A stretch of 64,000 nucleotides of DNA from an uncultured Phycisphaeraceae bacterium (GCA_964614515.1 CAZTPJ010000012.1:1691-65690), one strand, 5' to 3'. Counted from the first letter of the stretch, positions 8,418 to 18,119 are shown. Notes: generated by a model not told the origin, from the sequence alone. Program-made: numbers and translations.

Positions 8418-10069
8418 GGCGTGGCCTCCTGGCCGGCATCAGCCGGTGTGGCCGCGATCAAATCTGTCGCCCCTTCGGCCTGCCTCGCACGCATCTGACC
8501 GATCTCCATCTGTCGCAGTGATTCGTTGATGGCCGGGGTGAGGCCGTCGATGACCGGCTTGGGATAGATACCCAGCCCCAGACACAGCGCGGCCAATGGC
8601 AGCAGCACGCCGATCTCCCGCGCGGAGAGGTCTCGCGGCAAGCCGCCGTGGCCATCGTGCCCGTGGTCATGGTTCGGCGGGAGCACCAGCGGTCCGAAGA
8701 CGATCTTGCCGACCATGTAGAGCAGGTAGATCGCGGCGATGATCATGCCCACGCCGGCGATGGCCGCGTACCACGGCCCGAGTGCTGGTCCCTCCGCGCC
8801 GATGCTTCCGTTCCACGTCGTGCCGCTCTGAAACGCGCCGAGCAGGCAGAGGAACTCGCTGACGAACCCGTTGAGTCCCGGCAGGCCTACCGACGCCATG
8901 ACAAAAAAGACCATGAACGTGGACCACACGGGCATGATGCTCGCGAGGCCACCGAGTTCGCGGAGCGATCGCGTGTGATAGCGGTCATAGACCATGCCGA
9001 TCATGAGGAAGAGCGCGCCCGTCGAGAGGCCGTGGTTGATCATGTACAGGACCGACCCGGTCAGGCCCGCGCGATTGATCGCGACGAGGCCGAGGATGCA
9101 GAAGCCCAGGTGCGCGACGGACGAGAACGCGATGAGGCGCTTGACATCGGTTTGCACCCAGCAGACCAGCCCGCCGTAGAGAATGCCGATGATGCTGAGG
9201 ATGGCAATGGCCGGCGCATACTCAACGAGCGCCACGGGCGTGAACCCCATCGCGAAGCGATAGATGCCATAGGTGCCGAGTTTGAGCAGCACGCCTGCGA
9301 GGATGACCGACCCGGCCGTGGGCGCTTCGGTATGCGCCAGCGGGAGCCATGTATGCACGGGGAAGAGCGGGACTTTGACCGCGAACCCGGCGAGCAGGGC
9401 GAGCAGGACCCATCCCTGCGCGGCCCGGGGCATCTCCATCGCCGCGACTTGCAGGGCCGCGATCTCCAGCGTCCATGTGCCGCGCGGCGTGCCCGCGCGC
9501 GGCGCCAGTTCCGCGGCGTTGAAATACACCACATATACCAGGCCCGCCAGGGCGATCAGCGAGCCGGTGAAGGTGTACAGGAAGAACTTCGTCGCCGCCT
9601 TCGCACGGTTGCTCGATCCGAACACCGCGATCAGCACATACATCGGCAGCAGCGTGAACTCGAAGGCGACATAGAACATCAGCAGGTCGCGGGCGCAGAA
9701 CACGGCCGTCATCGCCGCCTGAAGCACCAGCAGCCATGAGTAATACGTCTTGAGGCGATGGTTGATGGACCTCAGCGAAGCGACGACACACAGCGGCCCG
9801 AGCAGAACCGTGAGCGCCACGAGCATTAGCGCGACGGAATCGACGCCGACGGACAGCGTCAGACCCAGTGTGGGCAGCCACTGAATCTCGGATGGGAACT
9901 GAAACGCCGCCCCCCCCTGCCAGTTGAACGCCATCAGGGCCATCAGGCACACGGGCACGGGGGCCATCGTCCCGATCAGGGCCATCAGCCACGCCCGCCG
10001 CGCGGGCATCGCCGTCACCGCAAACGCGGCGAAGAGCGGAAACAGGATCATCAGCCACAGATAGTTCAC
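8414..10069 (-). CDS. nuoM: NADH-quinone oxidoreductase subunit M
   Basis: VKVPLFPVHTWLPLAHTEAPTAGSVILAGVLLKLGTYG is the NuoM/ND4 signature. It overlaps nuoL by 4 nt. Confidence 0.9.
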   Translation of the reverse strand: MNYLWLMILFPLFAAFAVTAMPARRAWLMALIGTMAPVPVCLMALMAFNWQGGAAFQFPSEIQWLPTLGLTLSVGVDSVALMLVALTVLLGPLCVVASLRSINHRLKTYYSWLLVLQAAMTAVFCARDLLMFYVAFEFTLLPMYVLIAVFGSSNRAKAATKFFLYTFTGSLIALAGLVYVVYFNAAELAPRAGTPRGTWTLEIAALQVAAMEMPRAAQGWVLLALLAGFAVKVPLFPVHTWLPLAHTEAPTAGSVILAGVLLKLGTYGIYRFAMGFTPVALVEYAPAIAILSIIGILYGGLVCWVQTDVKRLIAFSSVAHLGFCILGLVAINRAGLTGSVLYMINHGLSTGALFLMIGMVYDRYHTRSLRELGGLASIMPVWSTFMVFFVMASVGLPGLNGFVSEFLCLLGAFQSGTTWNGSIGAEGPALGPWYAAIAGVGMIIAAIYLLYMVGKIVFGPLVLPPNHDHGHDGHGGLPRDLSAREIGVLLPLAALCLGLGIYPKPVIDGLTPAINESLRQMEIGQMRARQAEGATDLIAATPADAGQEATP

Positions 10070-12372
10070 TGCGTCACCAGAAGCACAATCGCGATCAACA
10101 ATGCAATCCCTCCGGCCATTCCGAGGGCATATCCATGCAACACGCCGCTCTGCGTCGGACGAATCGCCGACGCCAACACGCGCGGCAAGAACCCGACCAG
10201 ATTCACAAAGCCATCAATGAACAACTTGTCAAAGGCGCTGAACACATGCGCCAACCCGCGCAGCGGCCGGCGAATCAGCCAGTCATAGAACTCATCCACA
10301 AACCACTTGCCCTGCGCCCAGCGGGCGAACGGACCCATCGCCGGCAGCAGCGCATCGGCCCGCGACGTCGCGGCCGTGGTGCGCCCACGCAAATGCAGGT
10401 GCCACGCGATGAAGATCCCAACCAGACCGACGATGCCCGAGACGACGTACATCGCCTTGTGCGGATCAAAGCCGAGGAACGTGCCCGCTTCACGGTGGCC
10501 CGCCGGGTGGCCCGCCACTCCGTGGCGGGTTTCCGCCGCCTCGCCCAACCCGGCCAACCCCGGATGGGTCGGACTGTGACCGGTTTCGGCGTGGTGCGCC
10601 CACGGCGATGTGTAATGCGCGGATGAATCGTGGATCATCCCGCCGACCCATCCGTGATTCGGCTTGTCGATGAAGTACAGCGCGATGGCCAGCGTCGCCA
10701 GCGTCGCGAGGATCACCAGCACAGAGTTGATCGCCCAGCCCGGCGCGTGCGGATGAAACTCCTGGGCGTGGTCATCCTTGCCGTGCGCATCGTGCGTGTG
10801 GGCATCATGCTTGTGGGCAGTTTCGCCGTGTGCATCGTGGGCGTGCGCATCATGTCCATCGTGTCCATGATCGCCGCCGTGGACTTCATCGCCCGGCTCA
10901 TACGACACCGGCCCCTCAAACACGCGGAAGTAGACGCGGAAGGTGTAATAGGCGGTCAGCCCGGCCGTGATGAGCAGGATCACGCCGATCATCGCGTATC
11001 CCGGCGTGACAAACGCTTCGGCGAGGATCATGTCCTTCGAGAAGAACCCTGACGTGATGACCGGCACGCCCGCGAGATTCGCGCAGCCCACGAGCATGGT
11101 CACGCCGACGATCCCCCAACCCGGCATCTTGCGCACGCCGGAGAGTTTGCGCAGGTCCAGTTGCCCCGCGAAGCCGTGCATCACCGCACCGCACGCCAGG
11201 AACAACAGCGCCTTGAAGAACGCGTGCGTCAGGACATGGAACGCCGAGCCCACGCTCGTCAACACGCCAAGACCCGCGAACATGTAACCGAGTTGGCTCA
11301 CGGTCGAATACGCCATGATGCGTTTGATGTCGAACTGCGCCATGCCGATGGTCGCCGCGAGCAGCGCCGTGATCGCCCCCACCCACGCCACGATCGGCAA
11401 TGCCCATTCGCTCGACAGGAACGCCCAATAGGTCCGGCAGACGAGGAACACCCCGGCCGTCACCATCGTCGCCGCGTGGATCAGCGCGGAAACCGGCGTG
11501 GGGCCTTCCATCGCGTCGGGCAACCACACGTACAGAGGGAACTGCGCGCTCTTGCCAAACGCCCCGACCATGTACAGCAACGGAATCAACTGCACCAGGA
11601 ACGGAATCTCGTCATACCGACCCTGTGACGCGAGCGACACATACTCATGCACGGCCGGGAGCAGGTGCTTGTACTCCACCGTGCCGAAATGCACGAACGT
11701 GAGCATGATGCCCAGCGCGAGTCCAAGGTCGCCGATGCGATTGACGATGAACGCCTTCTTCGCCGCCTCCACCGCGCTGGGCTTCTTATAGAAGTAGCCG
11801 ATCAGGAGGTACGAGCACAGGCCCACACCCTCCCACCCCAGGTACAGCAGCACCAGGTTGTCCGCCATCACCAGGCACGACATCGCGAACACGAACAAGT
11901 TGAACGCCGCGAAGAATCGGCAATACCCCGGCCCGGCTTCCCCGGCCATGTACTCGCTGGCATACAGCGCGATCAACGCCCCAAGCCCCGTCACGAACAA
12001 CATCCATAGACACGTCAGCGAATCGACATAAAACCCGAAGTTCGCGACGAAGCGCTGTCCGTGTTCCGCGCCAGAACCGAGATCAAGCCAGGTGAAGGCC
12101 GTGGAGATCACGGTTTCACCCGCGAAGTTCATCGTCATCACGGCCGTGACGATGAACGCGACGGCCAGACACGCGACGCTGATCCACGCGGGCAGTTTGC
12201 TCTTGACGCGACCCATCGCGCACAACGTCACCAGCACCGTCGCCACCAGCGGCATCGCCGGAATGAGCAGGACCCACCACGGCCCCTGCCCAACCCCGGC
12301 CGGATCGGCCGCCACCGCCGCCCCCGTGAGCGACTCAAGCATCCGCCCCGTGATGGAAACCGACTCCGTCAC
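10066..12372 (-). CDS. nuoL: NADH-quinone oxidoreductase subunit L, with an expanded His-rich loop
   Basis: GWEGVGLCSYLLIGYFY, GKSAQFPLYVWLPDAMEGPTPVSALIHAATMVTAGV, and a C-terminal lateral-helix region (DEFYDWLIRRPL...). Confidence 0.9.
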   Translation of the reverse strand: MTESVSITGRMLESLTGAAVAADPAGVGQGPWWVLLIPAMPLVATVLVTLCAMGRVKSKLPAWISVACLAVAFIVTAVMTMNFAGETVISTAFTWLDLGSGAEHGQRFVANFGFYVDSLTCLWMLFVTGLGALIALYASEYMAGEAGPGYCRFFAAFNLFVFAMSCLVMADNLVLLYLGWEGVGLCSYLLIGYFYKKPSAVEAAKKAFIVNRIGDLGLALGIMLTFVHFGTVEYKHLLPAVHEYVSLASQGRYDEIPFLVQLIPLLYMVGAFGKSAQFPLYVWLPDAMEGPTPVSALIHAATMVTAGVFLVCRTYWAFLSSEWALPIVAWVGAITALLAATIGMAQFDIKRIMAYSTVSQLGYMFAGLGVLTSVGSAFHVLTHAFFKALLFLACGAVMHGFAGQLDLRKLSGVRKMPGWGIVGVTMLVGCANLAGVPVITSGFFSKDMILAEAFVTPGYAMIGVILLITAGLTAYYTFRVYFRVFEGPVSYEPGDEVHGGDHGHDGHDAHAHDAHGETAHKHDAHTHDAHGKDDHAQEFHPHAPGWAINSVLVILATLATLAIALYFIDKPNHGWVGGMIHDSSAHYTSPWAHHAETGHSPTHPGLAGLGEAAETRHGVAGHPAGHREAGTFLGFDPHKAMYVVSGIVGLVGIFIAWHLHLRGRTTAATSRADALLPAMGPFARWAQGKWFVDEFYDWLIRRPLRGLAHVFSAFDKLFIDGFVNLVGFLPRVLASAIRPTQSGVLHGYALGMAGGIALLIAIVLLVTQ

Positions 12373-12387
12373 GCACGATCCTCAAAT

Positions 12388-12500
12388 AAGAAGCCCGACC
12401 GTAAGGGAGGGCTCTGCATCCCGATTAAGAAGCCCGACCGTAAGGGAAGGCTCTGCATCCCGAATGAGAAGCCCGACCATAAGGGAGGGCTTGGCTTCGG
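12388..12500. repeat. three tandem copies of a 39-40 nt unit in the nuoL-nuoK spacer
   Basis: The unit aagaagcccgaccgtaagggagggctctgcatcccgatt appears three times with minor variation. Each copy contains a GCCCGACC-GTAA/ATAA-GGGAGGGC hairpin. Confidence 0.85.
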
Positions 12501-12637
12501 CATGTACACTCCATCCACAGCAACGCTCTCGCAGCACACATCACCCGCGCGCGAAGACCCGACGGCCACACTCCGCGCGATCCTCGCCATCTCCGCGACC
12601 CCTGCGTACATGCTCTGATGCTCCACCAACGCCAGTC

Positions 12638-12997
12638 TCATCCCTTCATCTCACGCCACTCTTCCGCGCTCAAACTCTCGCGACGACGGAAGAGCAGCAC
12701 GACGAGGGCCAGGGCCATCGCCGCCTCCGCCGCCGCCACCGTCAGCACGAAAATCACAAACGTCTGCCCGCTGTAGTTCAGGTGAAATCGGCTGAACGCG
12801 ATCAGCGCCAGCCCCGCCGCCTGAAACATCAGTTCCGTACACAGGAACATGATGATCAGATTGCGCCGCGTCAGGAACCCGATCACACCGATCGCGAACA
12901 TCCCGCCCGCCACGAACAGATAGTGCCCCAGCGTGATCGGACCGAACGCCCCAACCGAGGGCACGGCCGCAGCGATCGTCATCGTGACATCGCTCAT
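12638..12997 (-). CDS. nuoK: NADH-quinone oxidoreductase subunit K
   Basis: 119-aa protein with three TM helices. It contains LCTELMFQAAGLALIAFS...VIFVLTVAAAEAAMALALVV and overlaps nuoJ by 4 nt. Confidence 0.88.
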   Translation of the reverse strand: MSDVTMTIAAAVPSVGAFGPITLGHYLFVAGGMFAIGVIGFLTRRNLIIMFLCTELMFQAAGLALIAFSRFHLNYSGQTFVIFVLTVAAAEAAMALALVVLLFRRRESLSAEEWREMKG

Positions 12998-13935
12998 GGT
13001 GTCCCCCCCCTCGCGGCCTGGGCCTTCGCCTCTTCCTCCATCTGCACCCGCTGTCGCGCCAGCACCACCGCCCCGAGCATCGCCATCAACAGAATCACAC
13101 CCGCGATCTCAATCGACCCCGGATGCTCCACCAACAGGTTGTGCCCCACACCCTCGACGTTCGACAGCCGTAGATCCGCGGGCCACGACACCGTCCGTAC
13201 ACCCGCCTCACCCGAGGCCACCTGCACCGTTCGCGCATCGGCATCGACCAGCAGCCGTCCCGTCTCCGGATCGCGCGCCAGGCGCTCATCCGACTCGATG
13301 AGTTTCTCTTCACGCAGTGCCCGCTCGATCCGCTTGGGAAACTCCGCCAGCACCCGGTCCGAATCCCGGATGTCCGACGGTCCAGGCAGACCGCGCACCC
13401 CCGAGAACATCATCGTCGTCAGCACGGCCAGCAAGGCAAAACCCGCCACCGTCGCGGCGATCGGCTCGCGACTGGCCGCGTCGTACTCCGGCAAGGCTTC
13501 CACCTGCTCGGCCGTGGGCGCCTGTGTCGCGAGCATGATGACGAAGAGGTAAGTGATGAGGATGGCCCCGGCATAGATGATGATCAGCGCCAGCGCCATA
13601 AACTCCGCCGACAGAACGAGATAGAGTCCGGCCGACGCCAGGATCGTCAGGATCAGATACAGCGCCGCGTACACCGGCCTGGGATGCGTCACCACCCGCA
13701 GACTCGATCCCAGCGCGATGATCCCCAGCACATAGAAAAAGATGTTCGGCAAGCCCTCGCCCGCACGCCCGGCCGCGATCGTCAGCAGCAGAATCACCAA
13801 TCCGGCGGCGGATGCAGCCAACAGCCCGCCCATGCCGCGCGGCCCGGGCGTGCGACGCGGCATCGCCACGCACACACCCACAGCGCCCAGCGCCAGAAGC
13901 AGATACAACAGTACAGGGCTGATGATCGTGTCCAA
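12994..13935 (-). CDS. nuoJ: NADH-quinone oxidoreductase subunit J, with an expanded loop
   Basis: VTHPRPVYAALYLILTILASAGLYLVLSAEFMALALIIIYAGAILITYLFVIML, plus a C-terminal IEIAGVILLMAMLGAVVLA. Confidence 0.85.
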   Translation of the reverse strand: MDTIISPVLLYLLLALGAVGVCVAMPRRTPGPRGMGGLLAASAAGLVILLLTIAAGRAGEGLPNIFFYVLGIIALGSSLRVVTHPRPVYAALYLILTILASAGLYLVLSAEFMALALIIIYAGAILITYLFVIMLATQAPTAEQVEALPEYDAASREPIAATVAGFALLAVLTTMMFSGVRGLPGPSDIRDSDRVLAEFPKRIERALREEKLIESDERLARDPETGRLLVDADARTVQVASGEAGVRTVSWPADLRLSNVEGVGHNLLVEHPGSIEIAGVILLMAMLGAVVLARQRVQMEEEAKAQAARGGTP

Positions 13936-14135
13936 AGCGACAGCCCGCCGCGAGCGCCCCGCGCCCGGAAAAGAGACTCACTCATTCGCCCCGCCCACCC
14001 GGCGCCAGGCTTGGGCGAAGAGGATAGAGGCGCGGGCAGGAGGCTTCAACTCCGCGACGACGCACACCCATTTGCCCTCCTGAACCCGTCCCTACCCGGG
14101 AACCATCCCCGGCAAGCCGCGATATCCTCTCGCCG

Positions 14136-15551
14136 ATGCTCCTGGAGATCACCACAACCCACTCGCCCGCCACCGACCTGGGATACCTGCTGCACAAGCA
14201 CCCGGCCAAGGTCCAGACCTTCTCGCTCGCCTTCGGACACGCCCATGTGTTCTATCCCGAGGTCCACGAAGACCGGTGTACGGCCATGCTGCTGCTGGAT
14301 GTCGATCCGGTCGGCCTGGTCCGAAGCAAGGGGGGAGAGCGCACGCTCGATCAGTATGTCAACGACCGCCCGTATGTTGCGTCGTCGATGCTCTCGGTCG
14401 CGATCGCGCAGGTGTTCGGCACGGCTCTGGCCGGGCGGTGCAAGGATCGACCCGACCTCGTGACCCTGCCGATTCCGCTGGTCGCGCGTCTGGCCGCGCT
14501 GCCCTGTCGCGCGGGCCCCGAGATGCTCGCACGACTCTTTGAGCCGCTGGGGTATGAGTTGACCATCGCCGATCATCCGCTCGATGAACGCTTCCCGCAG
14601 TGGGGCAGCGCTGCCCTGTTCACCCTCACGCTCAGCGGCACGGCCACACTCAGCGACCTGCTGAGTCACCTGTACGTCCTGATTCCCGTCCTCGACAACG
14701 ACAAGCATTACTGGGTGGGCGATGATGAAGTGGCGAAACTGCTGCGACACGGCGAAGGCTGGCTCGCGGGCCACCCGGAGCGCGACCTGATCGCCACGCG
14801 ATACCTCAAGTATCGCCGACACCTGGCCGACGATGCCCTGCGACGCCTGCGCGAACAGGATGGCGAGGGGCAGGCCGAGATCGACCGCGATTCACCCGAC
14901 GACCCGCGCGAAGAAGTCGCCGAGCGCACCCTGAGCCTCCACGAACAGCGTCACGGCGTCGTGCTCTCGGTTCTTCAGGCAAAGGGCGCCACGCGAGTCA
15001 TCGACCTGGGCTGCGGCGAAGGACGACTCATCCGCGAGCTCCTCAAGCACCGCACGTTCGAACGCATCGTCGGCATGGATGTCTCGCACCGCTCGCTCGA
15101 GTTCGCCGCCGATCGCCTTCGGCTTGACCGCCTGCCACCTCTCGTGCGCCAGCGCATCGAACTCATCCACGGCTCGCTGATGTATCGCGATGCGCGGCTG
15201 GAGGGCTTTGACGCGGCGGTGCTGTGCGAAGTCATCGAACACATGGATCCGCCGCGCCTGGCCGCGATGGAGCGCGTGGTCTTCGAGTTCGCCCGGCCGA
15301 AGGTGGTCATCATCACGACGCCCAACCGCGAGTACAACGTCATGTGGGAGACGTTGTCCGCCGGCGCGTTTCGACACCGTGACCACCGATTCGAGTGGAC
15401 GCGCGAGGAATTCCGCGCCTGGGCGGCGGGCGTGTGTTCACGATTCAAGTATTCGTGCGAGTTTCGCGGCGTCGGCGAAACGGGCGAAACGCCCGACGGC
15501 CGGGATGTCGGTCCGCCGACACAGATGGGGGTGTTCGCCCATGCCCTCTGA
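14136..15551 (+). CDS. hen1: bacterial Hen1, 3'-terminal RNA ribose 2'-O-methyltransferase
   Basis: N-terminus MLLEITTTHSPATDLGYLLHKHPAKVQTF, and a C-terminal MTase domain (VIDLGCGEGRL...LCEVIEHMD...HRDHRFEWTREEF). It lies directly next to pnkp. Confidence 0.85.
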   Translation: MLLEITTTHSPATDLGYLLHKHPAKVQTFSLAFGHAHVFYPEVHEDRCTAMLLLDVDPVGLVRSKGGERTLDQYVNDRPYVASSMLSVAIAQVFGTALAGRCKDRPDLVTLPIPLVARLAALPCRAGPEMLARLFEPLGYELTIADHPLDERFPQWGSAALFTLTLSGTATLSDLLSHLYVLIPVLDNDKHYWVGDDEVAKLLRHGEGWLAGHPERDLIATRYLKYRRHLADDALRRLREQDGEGQAEIDRDSPDDPREEVAERTLSLHEQRHGVVLSVLQAKGATRVIDLGCGEGRLIRELLKHRTFERIVGMDVSHRSLEFAADRLRLDRLPPLVRQRIELIHGSLMYRDARLEGFDAAVLCEVIEHMDPPRLAAMERVVFEFARPKVVIITTPNREYNVMWETLSAGAFRHRDHRFEWTREEFRAWAAGVCSRFKYSCEFRGVGETGETPDGRDVGPPTQMGVFAHAL

Positions 15552-18117
15552 CCTGCGCATCCCGGAACTCTCACTTGTGGTGCTTATCGGTGCGTCGGGC
15601 TCCGGCAAGAGCACGCTCGCGCGCCGGCTCTTCAAGCCCACCGAGATTCTGTCCTCTGACACCTGCCGGGGCTGGGTCTGCAATGATGAGAACAGTCAGG
15701 AATCAACCGGCGACGCCTTTGACGTGCTGCACACCATCGCCCGCAAGCGCCTGGCCCGCGGCCTGCTCACTGTCATCGACGCCACCAACGTCCGCGCGGA
15801 GGATCGCACGTCGTTTGTCCAACTCGCGCGGGAGTTTCACTGCCTGCCCGTCGCGCTCGTTCTCAACACGCCCGAACACATCTGCCATGAGCGCAACGCG
15901 CAGCGGCCCGATCGCACCTTTGGCCCGCACGTCGTCCGCGGCCAGCGACTCGCCCTGCGAAAAAGCCTGCGCTCGCTCGGACGCGAAGGGTTTCGACACG
16001 TTCATATCCTTCAGTCCCAGGATGAATGCGATGCGGCCACGCTCATCCGTGAGCCGCTGTGGAACAATCGCAAGCACGAACACGGTCCGTTTGACATCAT
16101 CGGCGATGTTCACGGGTGCTACGACGAACTTGTGGACCTGCTGACGAAACTCGGCTGGCGAGTCATGCAGCGCGGAGGCGAACCTGAAGGTGCGTGCGAT
16201 GTCGAGCCGCCAGCCGATGACCCGCTTCGCAAGGCCATCTTCCTGGGTGATCTCGTCGATCGCGGGCCAAAGACGCCGGCCGTGTTGCGGCTTGTGATGT
16301 CGCTCGTCGAAGAGGGCAAAGCGCTGTGCATCCCGGGCAATCACGACGTCAAACTTCTGCGTGCCCTCCGCGGCCGCAACGTGCAACTGACGCACGGCCT
16401 GGCGGAATCGCTGACGCAGCTCAGCGCTGAATCTCCGGAGTTTCGCGAGCGCATCGCGACGTTCATCGACGACCTTGTGAGTCATTATGTTCTCGATGAT
16501 GGGCGGCTGATCGTCGCCCACGCGGGCATGAAGGAGTCCATGCAGGGCCGTGGCTCAGGCGCCGTGCGCGAGTTCGCACTCTACGGCGAGACCACCGGCG
16601 AAACCGACGAGTTCGGCCTGCCCGTGCGGTATCAGTGGGCCAATGAGTATCGCGGCCGCGCGTGCGTGGTCTATGGGCATACGCCCGTGCCCGATGCGCA
16701 GTGGCTGAACAATACGATCTGCATCGACACGGGTTGTGTCTTTGGCGGGTCGCTGACGGCGCTGCGGTGGCCGGAACGTGAACTCGTGGCCGTGCCCGCG
16801 CGAGCAACGTATGCCCAGCCGCGCAAGGCGTTTTTGCCCGAGGGCCAGGCCGCGCCGCGCTCGCTGCAACAGCAACACGACGATGTCCTCGACCTTGAAG
16901 ATGTCTCGGGCAAGCGTCACATCGAAACGCGACTGATGCGCGCCATCACCATCCGCCGCGAGAACGCCGCGGCCGCCCTTGAAGTCATGTCCCGCTTCGC
17001 CGTCGATCCGCGATGGCTGATTCACCTGCCGCCGACGATGTCGCCGTGCGAGACGACGCGCGAGCAGGGCATGCTTGAACACCCGCGCGAGGCATTCGAG
17101 TACTTCCGCACCAACGGCGTCGGCCGTGTGATCTGCGAAGAGAAGCACATGGGATCTCGCGCGATCGTGATCGTCTGCCAGGAGCCTGCGGTGGCCGTGG
17201 AACGATTCGGCGTCGCGCGCCCGACGCACGGCGTGATCTATACGCGCACGGGCCGGCCGTTCTTTGGCGACATCGAGATCGAGCAGGCGATGCTCGCGCG
17301 CCTCTGTGATGCCGCATCGCGCGCCGGACTGTGGGATGAACTGCGAACCCGGTGGCTGTGTCTCGATTGTGAACTCATGCCGTGGTCGGCCAAGGCGCAG
17401 GCGCTGATTCGCGAGCAGTATGCGGCCGTGGGCGTCGCGGCCGAGACCGGACTTTCCGCGAGCGTCGCAGCGCTGGAACTTGCGGCGGCGCGATTGCCGG
17501 ATGCCGGCCCGCTTCTGAAGCGCCATCGCGAGCGGCTCGAAGTCGTGCGAAAGTACATCGCCGCGTATCGTCAGTATTGCTGGGATGTCGTGGGCCTCGA
17601 TGATCTGCGCCTCGCGCCGTTTCACCTGCTCGCGACGGAGGGCAAGGTCCACATCGACCGCGATCATGCCTGGCACATGGACACGCTGGCTCGGCTGGCG
17701 GGCGATGCCCTGTTCCTCGCCACGCCGTACACGCTCGTTGATCTCTCAAGCGATGCGAGCGAGTCGGACGCGACGCGGTGGTGGCTGGATCGCGCCGAAC
17801 GCGGCGGCGAAGGCATGGTCGTCAAACCGCTGGACTTCATCGCACGCGGCCCACGCGGATTGATGCAACCCGCCGTCAAGGTTCGCGGACGCGAATATCT
17901 CCGCATCATCTACGGCCCCGAATACACCCACCCCGAGAATCTGGATCGCCTTCGCTCCCGCGGCCTTGGCGCGAAACGCAGTCTGGCCCTGCGCGAGTTC
18001 TCCCTCGGCATCGAGTCGCTGGAGCGATTCGTTCGCCGCGAACCCTTGCGGCGCATCCATGAGTGCGTCTTTGGCGTACTCGCGATGGAGAGCGAGCCGG
18101 TCGATCCGAGGCTGTAA
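15541..18117 (+). CDS. pnkp: polynucleotide kinase-phosphatase-ligase Pnkp (RNA repair)
   Basis: The ATG at 15541 overlaps the hen1 stop by 11 nt. It has a P-loop kinase (GASGSGKST), a calcineurin-like phosphatase (GDVHGCYDEL, GDLVDRGP, GNHD) and a C-terminal adenylyltransferase/ligase domain (CEEKHMGSRAIV). The track ORF starting at 15190 is a 5' over-extension. Confidence 0.85.
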   Translation: MPSDLRIPELSLVVLIGASGSGKSTLARRLFKPTEILSSDTCRGWVCNDENSQESTGDAFDVLHTIARKRLARGLLTVIDATNVRAEDRTSFVQLAREFHCLPVALVLNTPEHICHERNAQRPDRTFGPHVVRGQRLALRKSLRSLGREGFRHVHILQSQDECDAATLIREPLWNNRKHEHGPFDIIGDVHGCYDELVDLLTKLGWRVMQRGGEPEGACDVEPPADDPLRKAIFLGDLVDRGPKTPAVLRLVMSLVEEGKALCIPGNHDVKLLRALRGRNVQLTHGLAESLTQLSAESPEFRERIATFIDDLVSHYVLDDGRLIVAHAGMKESMQGRGSGAVREFALYGETTGETDEFGLPVRYQWANEYRGRACVVYGHTPVPDAQWLNNTICIDTGCVFGGSLTALRWPERELVAVPARATYAQPRKAFLPEGQAAPRSLQQQHDDVLDLEDVSGKRHIETRLMRAITIRRENAAAALEVMSRFAVDPRWLIHLPPTMSPCETTREQGMLEHPREAFEYFRTNGVGRVICEEKHMGSRAIVIVCQEPAVAVERFGVARPTHGVIYTRTGRPFFGDIEIEQAMLARLCDAASRAGLWDELRTRWLCLDCELMPWSAKAQALIREQYAAVGVAAETGLSASVAALELAAARLPDAGPLLKRHRERLEVVRKYIAAYRQYCWDVVGLDDLRLAPFHLLATEGKVHIDRDHAWHMDTLARLAGDALFLATPYTLVDLSSDASESDATRWWLDRAERGGEGMVVKPLDFIARGPRGLMQPAVKVRGREYLRIIYGPEYTHPENLDRLRSRGLGAKRSLALREFSLGIESLERFVRREPLRRIHECVFGVLAMESEPVDPRL

Positions 18118-18119
18118 GG

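Noticed and set aside
12388-12500. The tandem 39-40 nt repeats as a mini CRISPR array.
   Set aside because: The units abut directly with no unique spacers of comparable length. There are only three copies and no cas genes in the window.
15190-15540. The 5' extension of the pnkp ORF (the track start at 15190).
   Set aside because: It lies entirely inside hen1 in another frame. The ATG at 15541 gives the canonical N-terminus MPSDLRIPELSLVVLIGASGSGKST, right at the hen1 stop.
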